Shown here: positions 38,201-47,800 of the stretch, piece by piece | Layout of the letters: the number at the start of each line of letters is the position of its first letter | Numbering within the stretch: the stretch's first letter is position 1 | DNA from: Leidyana gryllorum EB-2025a | Taxonomy: Eukaryota; Protista; Apicomplexa | Direction of reading: 5' to 3' | DNA length: 64,000 nucleotides | Assembly: GCA_048772705.1 (NCBI GenBank) | Contig: JBLWGC010000104.1 | Location: 868,001 to 932,000 of the forward strand | Program-made: the position numbers and the translations under genes | Notes under the pieces: generated by a model | The model's database searches: none | The model's input: only the letters and a program-made list of their open reading frames with translations | Told to the model about the DNA's origin: nothing

Positions 38201-40803
38201 AATATGGTGGAAGCCTTGGGAGAGGCCCTGGCGACTTTCGCTCTCGCCCCGACTGATACGTCGTTCCTGGCCACGGGTACCGACCCGGCGAAACTGCTGA
38301 CAAGTTGCGCACAGCAACACCTGCAGCTCAATTCGCCCACCCCGCCAGCCAAAGGATCTCCTAGCGAGCTCAATGAGATTGTGAACTTGATGCCGAATCT
38401 TGTGGCACCTCGCTGGTCTGCTCTGGAGGCTTCCGAGGCCGCGGTGTCAGCGGCCAATGCGCTTCTCAAACCCCTGCAGGGGAAGGAGCCGCGGGTGAAG
38501 CTCTTCGATATGTGCAGTAACATCGTGTTCAAGGTGAACGTGGTGGAAGATCTATTGCGAGAGCTCCGCGAGGTGGATTTGTCCGCACTAAAGTCCAAAA
38601 CGAAGAAGGGAAAGGAGGTGGATTCAGCAGAGCACCTTTTGAGTATTCTGCGGCAGTTGGACACTCAAGTGAAATTGGCGCTCGATGGCACTTCAGACCT
38701 CTCCAATAAAGTGCCGCCAATCCTCAAGAATATCATTACGAAGCAATTAGCCAAGGCGACTGAGGATCATCTGGCCAAGTTGGATCAACAAATACAAAAG
38801 TGGACCAAATCTATGGGAGCCACTGGGGGGAAAGGCACCGGCTTCGTCCAACTTTGGCTCAAGGAATGGGAGGATTTCCGCAAGTCGCAGGGGACCTCGA
38901 ATAGCGCCAAATATCAGCACTACCAACTCTGCTACGACTCGTTGATGCAACTGGTCGAGCCTTTGGGCAATAAGGGCTCCACGGATGCGATTGCAGCTTT
39001 GGCAAAGGGCACTGAGTCTTCTACCCGGAAGAAGTGTACCCACCTGCGACAGGAGGTCACGGAGTCTCTCAAATATCTCCAGACACTTGGTGATGTGGCT
39101 GAACCCAAGAAGGTCAGATCGTATGCCAAGGGACTGGAGGATGGACTCAAGAAGAGTACCTTCGCTGATCCAGAGCTGGTCTCACTCTTCTCTACAGCTG
39201 TCGATCTGCTGGCCCAGCAAGACGGCCAAGTTATCAAGGACCGGATGGCCAAGAAACAAAAGGAGGATATGGACACTCTGGAGAAGGTCAAGACTACAGT
39301 GGGCAAAGTTGCCACCGAGAAGGACCGCCAGTCCGCCACCAAAGAGGTCGACAGGCTCAGAGTTCTATTGGCGGCATGTTCGACCAATGATGAGATCCTC
39401 AGATTATCAGCTCAGTTGTCAGAGTTTGTCGAGAAGACCACTCCCCCTCCAGCAGAGTCGACCACCACCGCCTCCGCTGAGACCGACGGTGCAATGGCAG
39501 CCATCCAAGCCATGTTCAAGAGTCTGAGCGATAAGACCACGACTGTCCAGTTTGCACAACAAGTCACATCGGTCAACCAAGCCGTAGAGAAGACGAAACA
39601 TGTTGCCCTCAAGACGTGGGCACAATCGGCCACACCGTCTGTTACAGAACAAAAGGCCGACAGAGAAGCTGTGCGGATCGCAAGCACTAAACCCAGCAAT
39701 GACGCCACTGTTATAGAAGAACTCAACAAGATCTACCCTCAAGCCACTCTCCGATGCTCTGGAAAACGAACCGTCCCCAAGATTCCTTCGCTGGCAGCCG
39801 ATGCCCCGGCCGATCTCCAAAAGAACGTCAACAGTCTCGTGGATAAGGCGAATAAGGAGTACGATTCTTTGAACAAAGATGCTGATGCCAAGTTCCTCAA
39901 TTGGATTGGAAAGCTCACTGCCGCTAACTACGAAATGATACGCGCCAAATACCCCAAGTACGCCAAGGCCGCAATCGCTGACTGCAGATTCCACACCGGT
40001 CTTGCCGATGGCTTGAATAAGGCGTCAGACAAGACTTCGACCACAACCAAAGCAGCGACCACCACCAAAGTCACCACCACCACCAAAGAAGCCAAGACTA
40101 AACCAACGGTGGCTCCCAAACCCCTGACAGCCTCCGTGCAGGTCAAGGCGACACCCAAGAAGGCCGAGTTGAAACCGTCGACCGCTGGACAAGGCCCACC
40201 TTCTAAGGTGCAAGGGAAAAAGCCTGTTTCACCCAAGATGGCCACTTTCTTAGAGAAGGCCGGTAGCATTTTCTCGGCAATGAAAGCCAATCACGGAGAG
40301 CTGAAGCCGCGCGTCGCATCATCCGTCATAGAGCTCACGCTGAAGGGTGAAGAAGATGATGCCGCCAAGGATATCAAGAAACAGGCCAATGTGGTGATGA
40401 AGAACTTTGCAGATCAGAAAGCTGACGGAAAAGGGGTGAATGACATCGGGCAAACTTGTCTGAGCGTAAGTTGATCAGAATTCCTTACTTCTTATTGTGT
40501 ACTTTCCAGGCCGGCAAAGGACAAACCCGCAAGCTGGGCAATGCCAACGTCGAATACCTACCCAAGCCTGCAGACCTCAGCGATGCATTATTGAAGCTCA
40601 TTCTCGGATATGTCTACTCGGACGAACTGGTTGAGCTTGCCAGTGTGTACTCCGGGCAGGCCCACACCAAGGTCCCGAAGATTGAATGCTTACGAAAATA
40701 TCTCCAGGAGCCAACCACAGAGAAGAAGTTCAAGCTAACTGAGGCCAACATGGCGTATGCTACTCGTGATCAAATCACCAAAGCTTCGGATAAGAAGCCT
40801 TGA
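35232..40803 (+). CDS. Large predicted secreted protein, family A long member, ~1,825 aa; Ala/Thr-rich linkers and helical domains
   Basis: Signal peptide MKPIIYLLIAFICIPGQPSIAVHA. Introns 36265-36314 and 40466-40509 join ORFs 35217, 36347 and 40456 in frame. Confidence 0.8.
37019..37890 (+). repeat. Internal duplication of a ~125-aa helical domain in the large secreted protein
   Basis: Copy 1 reads DPFMSRINPLNARIATLINGY..DLGAHV..LQDHLN..PAESLLES..LIEDALKGRA. Copy 2 reads SPLLAKADALSAEIQSLIQSY..ELGTHI..LADHLN..PARQLLDS..ALELALAERA. Each copy is preceded by a TTEE/Thr-rich linker. Confidence 0.75.
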
Positions 40804-40923
40804 GTTGAGATCGACAACTCATTTTTCGATTGTTCTTATGATACACACTCTATTTGAACAATGCCAGTGGCGTTCGCCACTTGTAGCATGCAATTGGTAA
40901 TCTGGTCATCAAAGCATTCAAGC

Positions 40924-41386
40924 ATGCGATTGACCTTCGTTTGGGCTCTTATTGCCACAGTTGTGGCAATTAAACGGGAAGACTTGAATTCTTGGATTGC
41001 AGCCAATGTCAAGGGCACCGACAACCAGGAGGCTGTCATTGAAGAAGTGCCCGATATTGTCCAGTTCCTGACTTTGCAGCAGGTCGAAGAGTTGACACCT
41101 ATAGCCAAGAATTTGGAGACAGCGTATTCTGAGGCTAAAACTCAGACTTTTGCACAGTTGAATGCAGCTGTAAGTTCTAGGGTGTTGTCAATTACCAGAC
41201 GTTTTCACTGGGCAGGTTGCGAAAATAGATGACGAAATAGCGTCACTCGTCTCGAACACTCAGAATAACTTGCAATCTGATCTGCTTAATACAATTGGCA
41301 AGATTTACGTTAGAGATCTGTGCCAGAAGGCATCCGCCCAGAATGAAGACATTTGCGTCCAGCATGAAATGGATGAACAGCTTTGA
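40924..41386 (+). CDS. Small secreted acidic helical protein, family B member 1, 138 aa
   Basis: Signal peptide MRLTFVWALIATVVA. Phase-0 intron 41170-41215. Exon 2 carries IGKIYVRDLC-X10-C. Confidence 0.8.
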
Positions 41387-41594
41387 TGAGTTGTGATGAA
41401 TATGTTCATATACGTGTGTGTGTTTCTCATAACAAATGGCCACCAGGTGTACCATACTACGAGATTGGTGCTTGCCTAGCGAGTTGCCGAGCTACAATGT
41501 AATTGACTGGAGCGCACGACCACATGCAGTGTTGGTATGCCTGTCTTGCACGTCCAGAGCCAGTGCCACGTGTACGTGCCCCATCTCACACAAC

Positions 41595-42333
41595 ATGAAG
41601 GTCACTTTCTTCCTCCTCAACGCACTCACCACTCTAGGCGTCACCGGTCAAGCAGGTCCTAGGGTGCAGATAGTTCCCCTCAATCAAGCCGTAGACTCTG
41701 AGTCGCCACTCCCAGAGGTTCTCCCTCAGGTCCCCGACTCGGCCGCGGTTGCTGACGAACCGGCCGAGGACATAGATCTGGAAGAGGCTAATGCTCAGCG
41801 GAAATATGCGTTGACAAATAGCGGACAACCTACTCGCTCAGCGATCGAGTATTGGGGAGCTACTGCAGGACCCAGAGACTACAGAATGGCCATTGCTCGA
41901 GCCCTCGGCACAAGAGTCTCATCTCTTCCCGCGCGAGCAACCGACGAAGACCAGGGCTACGTGCCTATGCTCACCCGCCAAGGTCGTGACATTGGTCTCA
42001 CTCGGGAGGAGGTATACAATTCAGTGCCGTACATTCGTGATTTGGATTCGCTGTATATGACCAACATGGGAACTGCGGGTACCATCTTGGAGGAAGACGA
42101 AGGCCAGCGAACTCTCAGCATTAGACTGGTGGTAAGTGGAACAGCGAAGTGCCATATAATATCGCCCGTGTTAGGAACGCGAGATTCAGCGCATATTCGA
42201 GCCATTCCAGGGGGATTACCGTATGCGAAACTTCTTGGCACCATTGGGAAAGCTGATCTACAGTCATATCCAAAGCAAGTTGAATCTGGCCTCCTCACGT
42301 TTCGCCCGACCAATCAGCCTTCACCAAGCATAG
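41595..42333 (+). CDS. Secreted protein, possible divergent family B member with N-terminal extension, ~231 aa
   Basis: Signal peptide MKVTFFLLNALTTLGVTG. Phase-0 intron 42132-42174 (GTAAGT...TTAG) gives exon 2 EREIQRIFEPF...FLAPLGKLIYSHIQSK...TAG. An unspliced reading would end at 42419. Confidence 0.65.
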
Positions 42334-42621
42334 AGAGCACCTTAAGACATGTGAAATCCTCAGATATACTGTACTTTACATTCGTCAGATTTGTGAAACC
42401 CATAGTGTCGAGTTGTTGAAGACGAAACGCCCAAGTCAAGAGTAAAGACAGATCGCAACTTGACCTGAAGATCGGGTGTCAAGTATACACCTCAAGTCGA
42501 GGTCAATCAAACTTTGACCACTCGTCAAATGCGAGCAGCACTACTGAGGGTGCGAACATGCCTCGTCAGAGCACGTAACAGCCACAAGTGCACCTATTGT
42601 TTTCACTCCACTTCATTCACC

Positions 42622-43266
42622 ATGCGTTTCCATACACTTTCCATCGCCTGCCTCGTGGCGTCAGCCGCTTGGGCAGTTCCGAACACCTTCTTGGAGGCGT
42701 GGCTCAAGAAGAACATTGTCGGACTCGAGAACCAAGAAGCTCTCAAAGAGTCCCTCCCCAGCATCACCGAGACCCTGGATGCCCCGGAAATGGCAGCCCT
42801 GACTGATCCCACCGAGATGCTCTCGATGGTGTACGACAATGTATTGGCCATCCCCGAGCAGGCGGATCTCGATGAGGCGGTGAGTTTGAGTTTCCGTGCC
42901 GATCATTGATAAGTCCGATTTCAGCGCACTGTTTACACCGAGTTGTTGGCCAATTACCAGGAAGAGCTGGAAAATCCTCTTCAAATCCAGGCGCTGATGC
43001 AGATTGCCAACGAGTACTGGAGTGACATTTGTGAGAATCTGAAACGCCAGGAGGACGAAGTTTGCGCTCCCCTTCCCACTCCTGAGGCAGCTGTGGAATC
43101 TCCAGAGACTGAGGAAGTTTCTGAGATTGAAGAGACCACGGAAGTGGAGGTTGCCATCGACGAGGAGCCCGGTGCCGCTGCCGCTGGACCCCTGGAAACG
43201 GAGGATCCTGAGGCTTCAGAGGCTTCAGACAGCGCAGAGACGACGGAAGTGGCCGCCGAAGAGTAG
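42622..43266 (+). CDS. Small secreted acidic helical protein, family B member 2, 199 aa, Glu-rich tail
   Basis: Signal peptide MRFHTLSIACLVASAAWA. Phase-0 intron 42880-42924. Motif IANEYWSDIC-X10-C. Confidence 0.85.
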
Positions 43267-43507
43267 ACTTCAGCGATTATGACCAGTTTCGATCTTACTT
43301 TTTCAATTTGACGCTTCAACTTTCGATTGCCTGTTCCTTTGTTTATCATCGAACTTTCAATCAGCAGAGATTTCTCTGCCCCGCATCGACCTCTTCTCTC
43401 TCTCACACCTGTTTGTCCAGCACACTTTCCGTCACAAGACGAGACCGGCTCAAACATGCCTGGCCCCACAGTGATATTTCTGTTGGAGATAATACCAAGT
43501 TATCCAA

Positions 43508-44021
43508 ATGCATCTACATAGACTCGTTGCCATGGGACTGTTGGCCTCCATTGGTGGGGCAGTAGAGGAAGAGCAAATGCGAACATGGGTCCGCAACAAT
43601 GTGGCTGGAGACGCCATTGCGGCTGCTTTGAGCGAAGAGTTAACTTTCTACGGAGACGATCTGTCGCTTCTCGAGCTGGCTGCGGTCACCGGCCGGGCTC
43701 AAAAGCTTGCTGACATCTACAAGGATGTTTTGAGCCAAGGGTCACAAGTCGATCTGGAAGATGCGGTAGGTTCTCACGCTCACTTTATACTCAATTGTTT
43801 CCCATCAGCGCCAACGCTTCGTCACAGAAGTTGACGAAGCTGCCGAGAAGCTCTCTGAACTTTCGCAGACACAAATCTTGGACTCGATTGCCAACGAATA
43901 TTGGGCAGATATATGTGAACGACTTGATAGCAACGACGATCCAGCCTGCCAACCCATAAACCCTGACCAGAGCGACACCACTGAAGACGACGAAGAAGCG
44001 CAGCAGATGGACGAAGAGTAG
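43508..44021 (+). CDS. Small secreted acidic helical protein, family B member 3, 156 aa
   Basis: Signal peptide MHLHRLVAMGLLASIGGA. Phase-0 intron 43766-43808. Motif IANEYWADIC-X10-C. Exon 2 is missing from the ORF track. Confidence 0.85.
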
Positions 44022-44867
44022 GCCATCGAGACGGCAACCATATAGCGGTGCCTTTTAGAAGCCTTATGGCGATGACTTGAGCCTGACTTCAAACCCGTAC
44101 TGTCATTTTCGCAATGGGATTCAGTGTCGTAATCTGGGCCGCAGAGCAAATCTGCTCCACCCCACCCACCTTTCACTTTCGAGACGTTACGAGTTGATTG
44201 GGTATAACCCAAATCTGTCGGCGTCGAGTCTGATCTCGTCCGCCCTCTCAGAAATTCTCAGGTGGTAGAATCTAGCCAAGCTAAGATCCTTCCGGGAGAT
44301 TTACATACACCGGATAAGTGCAGTGGCTGCTCCTCTCCCTGCCGACTGCTTCCTGTTCCTGTCATAGCAACCCGCAGGTAAGTTGCCATTTATAGTTTGG
44401 TATTGCCTCCGTAGCCGTCTTGTCCCGTCTCCGTGCCGTCCCAAAGTCTCTTCGGTCGAAATCAGTTTGCTGGTGATGCGCGGCGGGGCATCCTACCTAT
44501 TCACTTGGAGGCATCTCATCTCAGGGGGCATCTCATCTCACTGCAATCAGCTGTGGCACCAAATCAGGAAGGATCGGTGCGAAGAGCGATGTGACACGCT
44601 GTCGACTCGACCCTCATTGGTAATTAGATTTGGCAGAAATCTCCAAGGGATCCATGTACTCGGAGTGTTTGTTTTGATCTGAAGCGGGAAATGTCGCGCA
44701 GAAATAGGTTGCACACAAGGGAAAACGTCTATGCTTTAGAGGGAATTTGATGTGTGAAGAGGACAAATAATAAGGCTACAAAGGCCGGACGCCTGTTTGG
44801 CTTGGGCTTTGCAGCCGCCAAAAGTTGCATTATCCTGTATAGATGATTTAGACACGAAAATCATTAT

Positions 44868-47800
44868 TTAGGAAAGCGAACTCTTCTTCTGTTTCCTTCC
44901 CCACATACTGAAACTTGACTTTGTCACTGTCGCTACCATTGCCGGGCTGGACTCCATCAGTGCGTCTCGATTAGTTGTTGTGTCGATAGTTGCTGGTGTC
45001 GCTTCGTCGTCAAGAGGGTGCATTCCTTTAGTTGAGCCACCGGCTCGTCGGCTCCCGCCACCAAGCAACCGACCAAACCGAGTAATGAACTTCAATCCTT
45101 GACCCTCAGAGAGCACCGATCCTGAGAGAGACAGCAGAAAGTGCACCAACTTTAATCATTCTCACCTTTGCGCTCGTGTGTTCGAGCCGTATTCATTCCC
45201 CCTGATGGAGAGCTTGAACTGACCACACTCCCCATGTCTTTGGGCGATTCTGGACCTTCTGTGGGTGGTTTTGACGAGGACTCATGACCGCTCATCATCT
45301 CCTCCGGTTTTGCGGTATCAGGAGCCACTGTCGATGTTCGCTCGCTGACCAGCGCAGCAGCAAAGGTCCTCTCGGATGGCTCTCCTCCTTCCAACGGTTC
45401 TTCTCTGCTGCTTGGGGTCCAGGGACTGGAATGACACCGGCTGTGCACCAACTCGGCCGCCGCTGCAAACGGAATGGCTCCACATCCTCAGAAGAGACTT
45501 ACTGTGATGTACAGAATCTGGCACACCGCTCGAAGCAGCGTCTTGATTCGAAGCTGGGGGAGTCAAGGACACTCCACACTCAGCGAGCTCCAACTCCGAC
45601 GCACCACCCTGACTACCAGTGAAACTTGTACTTCGCGGATTCGACTTGTCGCCTGTCGGGGTAATGGTCGCACTCCTCGTCAGCGCCGCAGTTTTGACGG
45701 CCTGCAGTGCTGACATCATACGAGAGGGTTTCTGAACAATGCGTAGCGAGCTCCCATGCTGCAAACGCTTCTGCTGCAAACTGGCCACACTCCCAGTCGG
45801 TGAGCCCATATTAATTCCCTCCTCAACTTTGATCGATGACGTCGATGGAGCCATACTCCCGACAGCCGTGATCAACTCCATTGTGCTTTGACTCGAGTCG
45901 TCCTCTTCACTCTCCCTCCCAAAGTTGAGCAGCTCGGTCCCGCCAATTTCGACGGGTCCATCTCGACTCTCGGAAGGAACCATTTCGCTCTCCGACGTCG
46001 TCTCGCCATCAGCGCGAGCGGCTGGTCGCGGTGATGCCGGCGTGATCGCCACGATGGTTCTCATTGCATCTCGATTCGATTTTGAGCCGTCCGTGGGCGA
46101 AGTTATTGTAGCATCATCAGGCGTGGCTTCACCAGCCGAATTTGCCGCCCAGTTCTCTCCAGAATCCATTGCCCATTTCCGCATTGCCACCGAGTAGTCT
46201 ACTTCAGATGTGGGCTCATCACTTCTCGACTGCAGCTGGGCCCATATCTGTCGATCTCCTCCACCTTCCCCACCCGATTGTGGAGTCTTCGATTTCGGAG
46301 TCACTTCCAACGCCACATCCTCTGGCTCTGACAAATCTGTTTGAGGGTCCCTTCCCGAGCGGAGAGTGTCCGGTTGTCCACTGGACGGACTCAATAAGAG
46401 GTCGTCCGGAGGAGAGCTCAGGGACAAATTGGCCAGGGAAGAGTTGATATCGTCGGATCTTCCAGTCCCCACTTTATCTGGATAGTCTGAAGAATCTTCC
46501 AGCATGACGGAAGAGCCGTCTCTGTATTCGCTTGGTGCGATAGCCTCTCGGGAAGTTTGCAACTCAAAGGTCGTCGTGGTATCCTCTGATTCAGACACCT
46601 CAATACTCTCGTCCTGCTCCCTTCCTTGCTCGAGCTGCGCTCCAAGCTCAGTAAGGGGAGGAACCATCGATCGACCCATTGATTGGCTTCGTGGAGCAAT
46701 ACCCTCCACACGAGATTCCACAGTCTCAGACAAAGGCAGGTCAAGTGACTCAGCGGAACCCTTCTCAGACGAGTCATTCACCGACTCACCTTCGGGCGGC
46801 CCACTGGAATCGTCAGCACCTAACTCTGGTAGTTCCGATTCTGAAGATACAACCTCCGCCTCTCCAATGACACCACTCTCGGCTCCTCGCCGATCGTCGG
46901 TATCAAACACTGCTGTGGCCGGAGTCGTGTCAACTGGAATACTAGACGAAGCTTCGCTGGTCTGCTCCATAGCGGCAGCACTCGAACCGGAAGACTCCTC
47001 CTCCATCTCGTCTCCGAACGCAATAGATCCTCTCAACTCGATATCCGTCCTCTTTCGGGCTACTATCGAAGATTGGTGTGAAGACTGTGATAATTCTGCA
47101 CTACTCGCCTTCGAAGTCTCACTCTCACTCCCTTCGCTCTTCATCATGTCAGACGAAAGCTTCTCGAGTGTTATGCCATTCTCGCCATCCTCAGTTCCGA
47201 CTGGCAAGCCAATCGTCGGCACCTGGGGATCATTGTCCGGAAGTGCAATGGCCATTGGGGTGTTTGGCAACTCGGCGGTCGTCTGTGTGGCCTCAGCCGG
47301 CTCTGTCGAGTGAGGATGTATCTCCTCGTCCCTGACCTCAGCCGACTCTATCGCTTGAGGATCCAACTCCTCTTTCGGGACCTCCACCGACTCTGTCGCT
47401 TGAGGATGCACCTCCTCGTCCCTGACCTCAGCCAACTCCTCCTTCGTGACCTCCATCGACTCTGTCGCGTGAGGAAGTATCTCCTCGTCCCTTACCTCAA
47501 CCGGCTCAATCTCCCCGTCCGTTTGGGGATGTTCTGTTTCCGCAGAGTCACCGATCTGAGGGGCAGAGTGAGTGAGCCTGGGAGAGGCAGCTGTGATCTC
47601 AATCCTGGGCTGCACCAGACTTGCAGTATGATCATCGCAATCCATCTGCCAATCCAGATGAATTTCGGGCTCCGGTTGATCGGCGGGGAAGGCCAGATCT
47701 GAGATGTTCTCCAGAATCATCTCCCCGCTGTCCTCATGAATAGCGAAGCTTTCACGGTCCAGAGTGGTCACGTCATCTTCGCGACTGGTCTCAGTGTCGC

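Noticed and set aside
37139-40290. Long minus-strand ORFs opposite the large secreted gene
   Set aside because: They are antisense shadows with no independent motifs or splice support.
47300-47505. Regularly spaced repeats resembling a CRISPR array
   Set aside because: They are in-frame degenerate coding repeats in a eukaryotic gene, with no unique spacers or cas genes.
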